64,000 nucleotides of DNA from Eubacteriales bacterium OttesenSCG-928-K08. GTDB taxonomy: Bacteria > Bacillota > Clostridia > Christensenellales > CAG-138. The notes under the pieces are model-generated. The model searched no databases and was not told where the DNA came from. It was given only the letters and a program-made list of their open reading frames with translations. Both the position numbers and the translations under genes were made by a program. The stretch is taken from NCBI GenBank assembly GCA_030266105.1, contig JAJDHH010000002.1:6396-70395 (forward strand), given 5' to 3'. This document shows positions 28,043 to 37,264 of this stretch, piece after piece. How positions within the stretch are numbered: position 1 is the first letter of the stretch; every line of letters starts with the position of its first letter.

Positions 28043-28780
28043 ATGGCAATCGTATTTGAGAAGACCTCTGTTTTAACGGATACAGTAATGCACTATTGCC
28101 CCGGCTGTGGGCATGGCATAGCTCACAGGCTGGTGGGCGAAGTAATTCAGGAAATGGGCCTGCAGGAAAAGACAGTCGGCGTCGCGCCGGTTGGCTGCGC
28201 CGTGTTTGCATACCGCTATTTTAATGTGGATATGCAGGAGGCCGCGCATGGCCGTGCGCCCGCTGTTGCAACGGGCATAAAGCGCGTGCTGGGGCCTGAA
28301 AGCTGCGTTTTCACCTACCAGGGCGATGGCGACCTTGCCTCCATTGGCACGGCGGAAATCGTTCAGGCGGCGCACCGCGGCGAAAAGATCACAACGGTGT
28401 TTATTAACAACGCGATATATGGCATGACCGGCGGCCAAATGGCCCCCACTACGCTTGTTGGCCAGAAAACAACAACCTCGCCCTACGGGCGCGATAAGGA
28501 TCATTGCGGCAATCCCATAAGGATATCCGAAATGCTGGCAACAATCGATGGCGCGGCCTATATTGAGCGCGTTGCGGTTAACAACACAGCAAACATCATC
28601 AAAGCCAAAAAGGCAATCCGCAAGGCCTTTGAAGCGCAGATGGCGGGCAAGGGCTTCTCGCTGGTTGAGGTGCTTTCCACCTGCCCGACCAACTGGGGCA
28701 AATCCGCAGTTGAGTCGATGGAATGGCTCGAAGAAGAGATGATCCCATACTATCCCTTGGGCGTATATAAGGAGGTTTGA
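28043..28780 (+). CDS. 2-oxoacid:ferredoxin oxidoreductase beta subunit (TPP-binding)
   Basis: HYCPGCGHG Cys motif and TPP motif GDGDLASIG...NNAIYGMTGGQ. Confidence 0.9.
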   Translation: MAIVFEKTSVLTDTVMHYCPGCGHGIAHRLVGEVIQEMGLQEKTVGVAPVGCAVFAYRYFNVDMQEAAHGRAPAVATGIKRVLGPESCVFTYQGDGDLASIGTAEIVQAAHRGEKITTVFINNAIYGMTGGQMAPTTLVGQKTTTSPYGRDKDHCGNPIRISEMLATIDGAAYIERVAVNNTANIIKAKKAIRKAFEAQMAGKGFSLVEVLSTCPTNWGKSAVESMEWLEEEMIPYYPLGVYKEV

Positions 28781-29322
28781 GCATGTTAGAGCAAAACTTG
28801 TTTGCGGGCTTTGGTGGGCAGGGTGTGCTGCTCATGGGGCAGCTGCTGGCTTACGCGGGCATGCTGGAGGATAAATATGTTTCATGGCTGCCGGCCTACG
28901 GGCCTGAAATGCGCGGCGGCACAGCTAACTGCAGCGTGAACATTTCGGATGAACCGATTGGTTCGCCGGTGGTTAGCAAGGCAACAACCGTTGTTGCAAT
29001 GAACCGCCCCTCGCTCGATAAATTTGAGCCGACCGTGCAGCCTGATGGTTATCTGTTTATCAACAGCTCCATTATCGACCGTAAGGCCGAGAGGGACGAT
29101 GTTAAGGTGTATTATGTGCCATGCAATGAGCTCGCTGAGGAGCTTGGCAACGCTAAGGTTGCCAACATGGTGATGCTGGGCGCATACATTGAAAAGACCA
29201 AGTGCGTGGATATTGAAAACGTGCTTGAGGCGCTGCGTTATAAACTGGGCGAAAAGAAGGAGCACCTCATCCCCGTTAACCGCGATGCGCTTTTGAAGGG
29301 CGCTGCGGCAGTTAAGGACTAA
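28777..29322 (+). CDS. 2-oxoacid:ferredoxin oxidoreductase gamma subunit
   Basis: [20 protein letters not shown] and [14 protein letters not shown] match the gamma family. Overlaps the beta stop. Confidence 0.9.
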   Translation: MSMLEQNLFAGFGGQGVLLMGQLLAYAGMLEDKYVSWLPAYGPEMRGGTANCSVNISDEPIGSPVVSKATTVVAMNRPSLDKFEPTVQPDGYLFINSSIIDRKAERDDVKVYYVPCNELAEELGNAKVANMVMLGAYIEKTKCVDIENVLEALRYKLGEKKEHLIPVNRDALLKGAAAVKD

Positions 29323-29329
29323 GCCTCAC

Positions 29330-29363
29330 AAAAGTGATATGCGGCAAAACCGCAACACTTTTT
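29330..29363 (+). terminator. terminator hairpin of the AAAAGTG...CACTTTTT family (solo copy)
   Basis: ACAAAAGTGATATGCGGCAAAACCGCAACACTTTTTCG closely resembles the 3' hairpin of repeat copies A and B (AAAAAAGTGATGTGCGGC-TAGCCGCAGCACTTTTTT). Confidence 0.6.
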
Positions 29364-29366
29364 CGA

Positions 29367-29403
29367 CACACAAAAAGGACGGTGAAACCGTCCTTTTTGT
29401 GTG
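29367..29403. terminator. bidirectional terminator between the oxidoreductase operon and mltG
   Basis: Perfect 16-bp stem CACACAAAAAGGACGG / CCGTCCTTTTTGTGTG with a TGAAA loop. A/T tracts are built into both arms. Confidence 0.7.
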
Positions 29404-29426
29404 CTATGACTTTATTATATCGTATG

Positions 29427-30572
29427 TTAGCTCCAATACTTGCTGTACTTTTCAATGTTCTTTTTATGCTCTTCATATGTTTTGGCAAATATCAATGCCT
29501 CGTTTTCAGGCAGATCCATGTTGCAGAAGTAACGATAGTCCTTTTCGATATATGTTTCATTGGGGTATAGCGCCGCTTCAATGGCCATTTTGCCGGGGTT
29601 TGAAATCGGGCCAATGGGCAAGCCCGGGTTTTTATAGGTGTTGTAAGGCGAAACGGTCGCAAGCTCCTCGTCGGTATATATATATTTGTTCACTTTCAAA
29701 ACGTACTGCATAGTCGCACAGGATTCGAGATTTTGACCTGCGCGCAGCCGGTTATGGAAAGCTGCAGAAACCTTTTTAAAATCATCCTCCAGCTTTGCTT
29801 CGCGTTCAATTATCGATGCAAGGGTAACAATTTCGTCAATCGTCATGCCCAGCTCCTGCGCGCGTGCAATGTAGGTGTCGGTGAATATCTCGTTAAAGCG
29901 CACAAGCATCTTGTTGATTATTGTTTCAGGCAAGGCATCGACGTAAATTTCGTATGTGTCGGGGAACAGATAGCCTTCCAGCAGATAATCCCGCTTGGAT
30001 ACATCTTCTTCCTCCAGCACAAGGCTGATAAAATCATATTTTGAGAAGGCATCCGCATTGTTGCACATTTCGAGGAATGCGTTTTCATCAACCACCATTT
30101 CAGCACGCTCAAGGGATTGCAAAATACCCTTTATTGTGTACCCTTCCTGCACGGTAAACATAAGCGTTTGTTTAGGCGGATTGCCCTCACAGATGATATC
30201 CACAATCTGCGTAATATCCATATTACGCGACAAAATGTAGGTTCCTACTTTAAGCTTATCCGCTTTGCCAACAAAATCGACATACACCTTAAACACCGTG
30301 GGGTTTGATATCAGCCCCCGCTCCTCACCGCCCGCGTTTGCCAGGCGTGTTGCAACCGAGCTTGCAGAATCGTTATTATTCACAACAAATTCAATAGGGG
30401 TGGCATCGTTGACATCCACAGGGTTGATGTAACGGTTCAGCACATAATCATAGGCGGTCGCAAACACAATGTAAGTCAGGCCGGCGCTAATCGCAAGCAC
30501 CACAAGCGGGCGCACAATGCGCCACAACTTAACAACTTTAGGCGAAAGCCACGAAGGCTTTTTTTCGAACAT
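29427..30572 (-). CDS. mltG: endolytic murein transglycosylase MltG (YceG-like)
   Basis: N-terminal TM anchor, then the YceG domain with conserved ...ASIIEREAK...AAFHNRL...LESCATMQY...SPYNTY...PGLPIGPISNPG. Confidence 0.85.
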   Translation of the reverse strand: MFEKKPSWLSPKVVKLWRIVRPLVVLAISAGLTYIVFATAYDYVLNRYINPVDVNDATPIEFVVNNNDSASSVATRLANAGGEERGLISNPTVFKVYVDFVGKADKLKVGTYILSRNMDITQIVDIICEGNPPKQTLMFTVQEGYTIKGILQSLERAEMVVDENAFLEMCNNADAFSKYDFISLVLEEEDVSKRDYLLEGYLFPDTYEIYVDALPETIINKMLVRFNEIFTDTYIARAQELGMTIDEIVTLASIIEREAKLEDDFKKVSAAFHNRLRAGQNLESCATMQYVLKVNKYIYTDEELATVSPYNTYKNPGLPIGPISNPGKMAIEAALYPNETYIEKDYRYFCNMDLPENEALIFAKTYEEHKKNIEKYSKYWS

Positions 30573-30672
30573 AGTGTTTCCTCCAAGGGTAATTGGCTAT
30601 ATGGCCGCATACTTTTTTATTATAGCAAGTCTTGTAAAAGTATGCAAACCGGCCTGCGCGCTTGGTATTTCG

Positions 30673-31383
30673 CTAGCTCTGTGAGCTAATCAAGGTTCCA
30701 ATCTTTTCGCCTGAAACAACGCGCACAATGTTTTCCGGATTGTTTAACCCAAACACCAAAATCGGAATGTTTTGCTCCTTGCACAATGTGATGGCGGTTA
30801 AATCGGTCGCTTTTAAATCCTGGTCGATCACCTGCTGGAATGTAAGCTGCGGATAAAGCACGGGCGCTTGAGTAAGATTTGGGTCGTTAGGGTCTGCTGA
30901 GTAAACGCCATCCACATGCTTGGCAAGCAAGAGTGCATCCGCCTCAATTTCAGCAGCACGAAGCGCAGCCGCAGTGTCCGTTGTAAAATACGGGTGCCCG
31001 CTTCCGCAGGCAAAAATCAGAATATGGCCTTCTTTGAGCAGCTTTTGAGCGCCGCGCGATGTGTATGTATCGCAAAAGCGCGGCATTTCCACAGCGGAAA
31101 GCACGGTGCATTTTGCGCCCATATTCAAAAGAACATCCGAAAGTGCGATTGAGTTGATCGCTGTTGCCAGCATCCCCATGTGATCGGCGCGGGATTTATC
31201 CATTTCATTTGTTTTTCTGCCACGCCAAATGTTGCCGCCGCCCAGCACAACCCCCACTTCAACTTCAAGCTTTGATAAGCGGATAAGCTGCTCCGCAATC
31301 ACCTTGAGCATATCTATATCCAGCACATCCTGTTCGGATTTTAACGCTTCGCCGCTTAGCTTAAGCAATACTCTTTTGTACAT
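30673..31383 (-). CDS. pyrH: UMP kinase
   Basis: Start trimmed to MYKRVLLKLSGEAL (GGAGGGG SD). GGGNIWRG and downstream UMP kinase blocks are present. Confidence 0.95.
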   Translation of the reverse strand: MYKRVLLKLSGEALKSEQDVLDIDMLKVIAEQLIRLSKLEVEVGVVLGGGNIWRGRKTNEMDKSRADHMGMLATAINSIALSDVLLNMGAKCTVLSAVEMPRFCDTYTSRGAQKLLKEGHILIFACGSGHPYFTTDTAAALRAAEIEADALLLAKHVDGVYSADPNDPNLTQAPVLYPQLTFQQVIDQDLKATDLTAITLCKEQNIPILVFGLNNPENIVRVVSGEKIGTLISSQS

Positions 31384-31529
31384 GCGCTTCCCCTCCAACA
31401 AAAAAATGTCACCTTTATTATAGAACCTACAAACATCGTTTACAACCCGGAGCATAATCCGGCCGCTATCATCTTGGGTAAGCTCCCGTAATATTTCAAA
31501 AATGGGGCATTAGCAAGATGCTGGAAACC

Positions 31530-31558
31530 TTGACAAGCAGGTACACTACTTCTATAAT
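31530..31558 (+). promoter_or_regulatory. consensus sigma-A promoter upstream of greA
   Basis: TTGACA, 17-nt spacer, TATAAT: perfect consensus hexamers. About 145 nt upstream of the greA ATG. Confidence 0.7.
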
Positions 31559-31702
31559 TGTTTAGATTGATTTAAAATTTACAGAAGTTTTGCTCACCAA
31601 AACATAATTATATTCAGACACGTACTATTTTGGAATATAGCGCAAATATAATTGGAACGAAAGACTCGGCAAAATAGCCGGAACGAAACAGGAGGAAGCG
31701 AC

Positions 31703-32173
31703 ATGGCAGAAGTACGGCTTACACAAGAAGGCGTCACAAAATATGAGGATCAACTTGAGTACCTGAAAACCACTCGCCGAATGGAAATTGCGGAGCAAAT
31801 CAAAATTGCCCGCTCATTTGGCGATTTGAGCGAAAACGCAGAATATGATGCCGCAAAAAATGAGCAGGCAAAAAATGAATACGACATTGTGCAGATCGAA
31901 AACATGCTGCGCAATGCAGTCATCATCGATGAGGACGCGTTGGATACAGAAACGGTGAACGTTGGCTCCACCGTAAAGCTATATAATCCGGCTGCGGATA
32001 TTGAAATGAAATATCAAATCGTAGGTTCTGCGGAAGCTGACCCCATGCAGGGGCGCATCTCCAACGAATCGCCAGTTGGCGGCGCCATTTTAGGGCACCG
32101 TGTTGGCGAGGATGTGGATGTGCAAACGCCCGGCGGCACTGTAAGCATGCGCATACTCGAAATCGCCAAGTAA
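31703..32173 (+). CDS. greA: transcription elongation factor GreA
   Basis: Start trimmed to [10 protein letters not shown] (GGAGGAAG SD). [29 protein letters not shown] is the GreA coiled-coil signature. Confidence 0.95.
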   Translation: MAEVRLTQEGVTKYEDQLEYLKTTRRMEIAEQIKIARSFGDLSENAEYDAAKNEQAKNEYDIVQIENMLRNAVIIDEDALDTETVNVGSTVKLYNPAADIEMKYQIVGSAEADPMQGRISNESPVGGAILGHRVGEDVDVQTPGGTVSMRILEIAK

Positions 32174-32202
32174 AAAATCGAAAATTAGCGGGGAATATTA
32201 TA

Positions 32203-33717
32203 ATGGATGAAAACCAACAGCTCCCTTGCGAACCGCAGGAGGAAATAACCCAACAGGAGCTTAGTGAGCTGCTGCAGATAAGGCGGGACAAGCTGACCGC
32301 ACTACAGGAGGCAGGCAACGATCCTTTTGAGGTGCTGCGTTACGATCAAACCCACCACAGCGAAGATATACTCTCCAACTTTGAAACGCTGGAAGGGCAA
32401 ACCGTGCGTATTGCAGGGCGCATGCTCTCAAGGCGCATCATGGGCAAGGCGAGCTTTGCTCATATTCTGGACGCCAAAGGTTCCATACAAGCCTATGTCC
32501 GAAAGGATGATGTTGGCGAGGAAAGCTACGCCGCCTTTAAATCCATGGATATTGGCGATATTCTTGGCATTGAAGGCACCGTGTTTCGAACCCGCATGGG
32601 TGAAATTTCTGTGCATGCGACAAATGTGCTGCTTTTAAGTAAATCGCTTCGGCCCTTGCCGGAAAAATTCCACGGGTTGCGCGATTCAGAGCTAAAATAC
32701 CGCCAGCGTTACCTTGACCTGATTATGAACCAATCCTCAAGGGAAACGTTTATTAAGCGCAGCCACATCGTTTCGCAAATACGCCGCAGGCTTGATGAGC
32801 AGGGTTTCATCGAGGTGGAAACGCCTGTGCTCAACACCATACCCGGCGGAGCAAACGCACGCCCGTTTACCACACACCACAACACTTTGGATATCGACCT
32901 GTATCTTCGCATCGCAACTGAGCTGCCGCTAAAGATGTGCATTGTTGGCGGGCTAGAGCGTGTTTATGAGATCGGCCGTATTTTCCGAAACGAGGGTATG
33001 GATACCCGGCATAACCCGGAATTTACCACGCTGGAGCTTTATCAGGCATACACCGATTACAACGGTATGATGGATTTGGTCGAGGATCTTATTTTCCACT
33101 GCGCAAACACAGTGCTTGGTACTGCAAAAATCGCTTACCAGGGCACGGATATAGACCTCACACCGCCATTTGCCAGGATCACAATGTTTGATGCCGTTAA
33201 GCAATACACCGGCAAGGATTTTTTTGCATGCCAAACGGATGAACAGGCGCGTGAGCTTGCAAAAGAACTCGGCTTGACATTTGAGGACAAAACCATTACC
33301 CGCGGCAAGATCGTTAATGAAGTGTTTGAGGCTTTTGTTGAAAAAAACCTCATTCAACCCACTTTTATTCTGGATTACCCTGTGGAGGTTTCGCCGCTTA
33401 CAAAACGTAAACCCGGCCAAGCCGATGTAACAGAACGTTTTGAATTGTTTATAAACGCCTGCGAATACGCCAACGCTTACTCGGAGTTAAACGACCCAAT
33501 CGATCAACGCGGCCGCTTTGAGCAGCAGCTGCTCGAACGCGAAAAGGGTGATGATGAAGCCATGATGATCGATGAGGACTTCTGCCTGTCGCTCGAATAT
33601 GGCATGCCCCCCACCGGCGGAATTGGTTTGGGGATTGACAGGCTCGTTATGCTGCTGACTGATTCAGCTTCCATACGCGATGTGCTGCTCTTCCCAACGA
33701 TGAAGCCTCGAAAGTAA
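32203..33717 (+). CDS. lysS: lysine--tRNA ligase (class II)
   Basis: Class II LysRS blocks are [33 protein letters not shown] and [14 protein letters not shown]. The greA-lysS pairing is common in Firmicutes. Confidence 0.95.
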   Translation: MDENQQLPCEPQEEITQQELSELLQIRRDKLTALQEAGNDPFEVLRYDQTHHSEDILSNFETLEGQTVRIAGRMLSRRIMGKASFAHILDAKGSIQAYVRKDDVGEESYAAFKSMDIGDILGIEGTVFRTRMGEISVHATNVLLLSKSLRPLPEKFHGLRDSELKYRQRYLDLIMNQSSRETFIKRSHIVSQIRRRLDEQGFIEVETPVLNTIPGGANARPFTTHHNTLDIDLYLRIATELPLKMCIVGGLERVYEIGRIFRNEGMDTRHNPEFTTLELYQAYTDYNGMMDLVEDLIFHCANTVLGTAKIAYQGTDIDLTPPFARITMFDAVKQYTGKDFFACQTDEQARELAKELGLTFEDKTITRGKIVNEVFEAFVEKNLIQPTFILDYPVEVSPLTKRKPGQADVTERFELFINACEYANAYSELNDPIDQRGRFEQQLLEREKGDDEAMMIDEDFCLSLEYGMPPTGGIGLGIDRLVMLLTDSASIRDVLLFPTMKPRK

Positions 33718-33828
33718 GCTATGCCCCGCGTAACCTGTTTACAGATATTTAACTTGAAATCCATGCCTTTTGCGGTATGATAGTGTATGAATGTGAGTTT
33801 ACCACGAAACAGGATTGAAGGAGTCTAT

Positions 33829-34770
33829 ATGAAAAAATTTACAGCGATGCTGCTGGTTGTTCTTATGTTGCTGTTTGCCGTTGCATGCGGCCGCCCGGTT
33901 GAAAGCGACGACCTTACTTTGCCTCCTGATGATAACAATACTCCTGACACAGGGGATGCGGTGACACCCACGCCGGAAGTTACGCCCACGGCGATTGTAA
34001 CCGCTACGCCGGATCAGGTGGACCCAACAACAACACCAACCACCATACCGGACGATCAGGCGATGACCCCGCCGCCGGTTAGCAGCCCAACGTCTAAACC
34101 CGCAAACTCAACGCCTACGCCAACACCTGCCGCAACAACCGATGCAGGCGTTAAAAAGACACCTACCGACCTTTCTTCGGCGTTTAAGCTCAATGATGAT
34201 ACCGTGGGCTGGATTAAGATTAGCAATACTAACATAAACTACCCCATTGTGTATGACGATGGCCACACAAAATCCGGCGGCAGCTGGTATTATGCGGACC
34301 ACAACTTTTATAAAGAAAAAGACAATGCGGGCGCCGTGCACTCCTATTACGACAGGCTGACACGAAACAATGTAATCACAGCGCACAACATGCGTAAATC
34401 CGGCACGATGTTCCACGACCTTCATAAGGTGCAGGAAAGCTTCGACCTTACCAAATCATCAAACCGCACAATCACTGTGGATTGGTATGGTTACACCAAG
34501 TGGGAGATTTTTGCCGTATACGAAACGAAGGATGATGAACCCGCCAGCACACTTAAATACAACACACAGCATTTGGCTAAGGCAAGCGAAAGCACAATTA
34601 AGGAATGGATCAACTACCAGATTTCCCGTTCCGAAAAGAACCTTGGTGTGTCGGTATCCTCAAATGATATTTTAATGACGCTGGTTACCTGCGGAGATGA
34701 GCACGATTACCCCACCGCACAATCAAGGCTCTATATCTTCCTTAAAACAACTGCAAAAAGCAACAAATAG
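33829..34770 (+). CDS. class B sortase-like transpeptidase with N-terminal anchor and Pro/Thr-rich linker
   Basis: Start trimmed to MKKFTAMLLVVLMLLFAVAC (GAAGGAG SD). SrtB-like blocks are DTVGWIKISNTNINYPIV, ITAHNMRKSGTMFHDL, catalytic MTLVTCGDE and a downstream Arg (QSRLYIFLK). Confidence 0.75.
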   Translation: MKKFTAMLLVVLMLLFAVACGRPVESDDLTLPPDDNNTPDTGDAVTPTPEVTPTAIVTATPDQVDPTTTPTTIPDDQAMTPPPVSSPTSKPANSTPTPTPAATTDAGVKKTPTDLSSAFKLNDDTVGWIKISNTNINYPIVYDDGHTKSGGSWYYADHNFYKEKDNAGAVHSYYDRLTRNNVITAHNMRKSGTMFHDLHKVQESFDLTKSSNRTITVDWYGYTKWEIFAVYETKDDEPASTLKYNTQHLAKASESTIKEWINYQISRSEKNLGVSVSSNDILMTLVTCGDEHDYPTAQSRLYIFLKTTAKSNK

Positions 34771-34825
34771 CAAATAGTAAAATTAAGGCTCTATATAAAT
34801 GTTTTGTAGAGCGAAACTAAAAAAT

Positions 34826-34849
34826 AGGGCGGGTGCGAATGCACCCGCC
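34826..34849. repeat. left copy of a perfect 24-nt direct repeat flanking repeat copy B
   Basis: AGGGCGGGTGCGAATGCACCCGCC is identical to 35048..35071. It is itself a hairpin (GGCGGGTGC GAAT GCACCCGCC). Confidence 0.9.
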
Positions 34850-34858
34850 TTCAGGCTG

Positions 34859-35040
34859 TAAAAACTATTCTTGGGGATTATCAAGGGGCCGCGGCCCCTT
34901 GATTTTTAATATGTGGGCAAGGGCGGCGTGTACGCCCGCCAGCCCACACCTTGGGCATTTTTATGGCCGCAGCGTAGCTGCAATAAAAATGTGGTTAACT
35001 CAAAAAAGTGATGTGCGGCATAGCCGCAGCACTTTTTTGA
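34859..35040 (+). repeat. structured intergenic repeat element, copy B (compact reference copy)
   Basis: GGGGATTATCAAGGGGCCGCGGCCCCTTGATTTTTAATATGTGGGCAAGGGCGGCGTGTACGCCCGCCAGCCCACACCTTGGGCATTTTTATGGCCGCAGCGTAGCTGCAATAAAAATGTGGTTAACTCAAAAAAGTGATGTGCGGCATAGCCGCAGCACTTTTTTGA. Homologous to copies A, C and D. Confidence 0.9.
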
Positions 35041-35043
35041 CAA

Positions 35044-35077
35044 GTTAAGGGCGGGTGCGAATGCACCCGCCCTTAAC
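35044..35077. terminator. bidirectional terminator hairpin between sortase and transketolase genes (contains the right 24-nt repeat)
   Basis: Perfect 15-bp stem GTTAAGGGCGGGTGC / GCACCCGCCCTTAAC with a GAAT loop. CTCTTTT follows on the plus strand. Confidence 0.65.
35048..35071. repeat. right copy of the 24-nt direct repeat
   Basis: AGGGCGGGTGCGAATGCACCCGCC is identical to 34826..34849. Confidence 0.9.
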
Positions 35078-35095
35078 TCTTTTATAAGGATTGTT

Positions 35096-36055
35096 TTATT
35101 TGCGCTCGAGAACCTTCTTCACCTTTTTATAGATATTTTTTGCTGTCAAACCAAAGCGCTCCTGCAAATAGGGCTGTGTGCCAACCTCGCCAAAGCTATC
35201 TTCCACTGCGACATATTCAATGGGTACGGGGCAGCTTAAAGCGAGCGCTTCGCTCACTGCGCTGAACAGCCCGCCAAACTTATTGTGGTTTTCGGCTGTA
35301 ACAACAGCGCCGGTGGTTTTTGCGTATTGCTTAACGGTTTTTTCATCGAGCGGCTTAACGGTGAAGCAATCAACAACTGCAACATCCACGCCCTCCTGCG
35401 CCAGTTCTTTTGCGGCCTGCATTGCCTCATGCACCATGATGCCGCAGGCGAATATGACCGCATCCTTACCGTTTCTAAGCGGGATTGCCTGGCCAATTTC
35501 GAACTCTGAGCCCGATTTATACACCTTTGCAGCCGTTTTGCGGGGAACACGAATGTATTTTACGCCGGGGCGGTCGCTGATCTGGCGCAAAATGTTATCG
35601 AGCATGGCTGGGTCCGTGATGTCGAGCACTGTGGAGCCCGGCAGTGCGCGGTAGAGCGCCATATCCTCAAAGGGCATGTGCGTGCCGCCGTTGTATGCGG
35701 CTGTCACGCCCGGGTCGCTGCCGATGAGCGTGATTGGGTTTTGACCATAACCCGCCGACAAAAACGCCTGATCGTAAACGCGGCGTGATGCGAAAATGCC
35801 AAACGAATGCGCAATGGGCTTAAAGCCCGCAAGCGCAAGCCCTGCGGCCACGCCAACCATGTTGGCCTCGGCAATGCCACAGTTGATTGCACGATCAGGA
35901 TGGGCCATGCCGTATTTATACATGCCGATGCAGCTCATTAGATCCGCATCAAGATAAATGATATCCGGGTTGTTTTCGAGCAATTCAGGTATGGTGGTGC
36001 TAAGAATATCTTTAAACAAAACGGTATCCATGCTGCCGTCATACACGATTTTCAT
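35096..36055 (-). CDS. transketolase, C-terminal (pyrimidine-binding) subunit
   Basis: Start trimmed to MKIVYDG (GGAAAGGTGGG SD). Motifs INCGIAEANMVGVAAGLA and GGTHMPFEDMA are typical of the split-transketolase B subunit. Confidence 0.9.
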   Translation of the reverse strand: MKIVYDGSMDTVLFKDILSTTIPELLENNPDIIYLDADLMSCIGMYKYGMAHPDRAINCGIAEANMVGVAAGLALAGFKPIAHSFGIFASRRVYDQAFLSAGYGQNPITLIGSDPGVTAAYNGGTHMPFEDMALYRALPGSTVLDITDPAMLDNILRQISDRPGVKYIRVPRKTAAKVYKSGSEFEIGQAIPLRNGKDAVIFACGIMVHEAMQAAKELAQEGVDVAVVDCFTVKPLDEKTVKQYAKTTGAVVTAENHNKFGGLFSAVSEALALSCPVPIEYVAVEDSFGEVGTQPYLQERFGLTAKNIYKKVKKVLERK

Positions 36056-36072
36056 ATTATATCCCACCTTTC

Positions 36073-36918
36073 CTACAGCGCCTTAAAGGCCGCATAATCA
36101 GAGTTAAGCGCTTCGAGCCAGCCATCGTAAACCTCCGCCTTGGCGGTGATGCTGTGGTTGTCGAAGGTTTCTTCAATGGCCTTTACACCGGAGCCCTTGA
36201 CCGTATCGAGTATTATGGCGTGCGGTTTGCCGGCAACATTTGATGCAGCCTCAATCGCTTCATAAATCGCTTCGATATCGTTGCCGGGAATGGTTTGTGC
36301 GTGGAAACCAAAAGCGCTGAATTTTGCGCCGATATCCCCAAGCGGCATAATTTCGTCAACTAATCCATCAAGCTGCTTTTTGTTGTTATCCACAAACCAG
36401 ATCAGGTTATCAACCTTGCGCGCGCTTGCGAGCATGGCGGTTTCCCATATCTGGCCTTCGTTAAGCTCGCCATCACCCGTCATTAAAAACACACGGTTTT
36501 TGCGGCCTTTAAGCGCATCGCCGATCGCCAGCCCCAGCGCCTGGCTTGCCCCCTGGCCAAGGGAGCCCGTTGTGGCGTCGATACCGGGGGTTTTTGATTT
36601 ATCGCAATGGCTTGGAAGGTTTGTGCCGCCCTTGTTAAGCGTTGTGAGCCAATCCATTGGAAAGTATCCCTTTAGGGCAAGTGTGGCGTACACTGCCGGG
36701 CCTGCGTGGCCTTTTGAGCAAACGAATTTGTCGCGCTCGGGCCAGCCGGGGTTTTTAGGGTCTATTTTCATGGTGGAGCCATACAGCACCGCCAGGGTAT
36801 CCACAATGCTTAACGATCCGCCAATGTGGCCAAAACCAAGCGCTTTAAATTCCTCTACGCACGCGATGCGTATACGGAACGCAAAGTCCTGCAGCTCGCG
36901 CTTTAATTGTGCATCCAT
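36073..36918 (-). CDS. transketolase, N-terminal (TPP-binding) subunit
   Basis: GHIGGSLS, SKGHAGPAVY and the TPP motif GDGELNEGQIWE. Adjacent to the C-terminal subunit gene. Confidence 0.9.
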   Translation of the reverse strand: MDAQLKRELQDFAFRIRIACVEEFKALGFGHIGGSLSIVDTLAVLYGSTMKIDPKNPGWPERDKFVCSKGHAGPAVYATLALKGYFPMDWLTTLNKGGTNLPSHCDKSKTPGIDATTGSLGQGASQALGLAIGDALKGRKNRVFLMTGDGELNEGQIWETAMLASARKVDNLIWFVDNNKKQLDGLVDEIMPLGDIGAKFSAFGFHAQTIPGNDIEAIYEAIEAASNVAGKPHAIILDTVKGSGVKAIEETFDNHSITAKAEVYDGWLEALNSDYAAFKAL

Positions 36919-37154
36919 GCAACAGATACCTCCTGCGTTAAAAAATTATTTACTTTAGCATAGCAGACTGCGCAAGCGCTTGCAAGGCGCACAGATGCGG
37001 GTTTTTGCGATATGCTTATAATAATTTTGTAGAGATAAGACATTCGTATGCTGTTTTTTTAATAAGGCGATCAATTGTGCGCCATATTACAAAAAAGTAA
37101 ATGTAAGTACAAATATAGGCCTACATACAAGTTTTTGCGGACGTGGGTGTTTTC

Positions 37155-37183
37155 TTGATGTTATAAAATCAATTTGGTATAAT
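37155..37183 (+). promoter_or_regulatory. sigma-A promoter with extended -10 upstream of the GNAT-like gene
   Basis: TTGATG, 17-nt spacer, TATAAT, with TGG immediately upstream of the -10. Confidence 0.65.
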
Positions 37184-37264
37184 CAATGCGCGTTGGCTGC
37201 AAAAGTGGCTTTGCCACAAAACCATCGCAAACTTAAATACTAGGATGTTGGGGGAGTGGGACTA

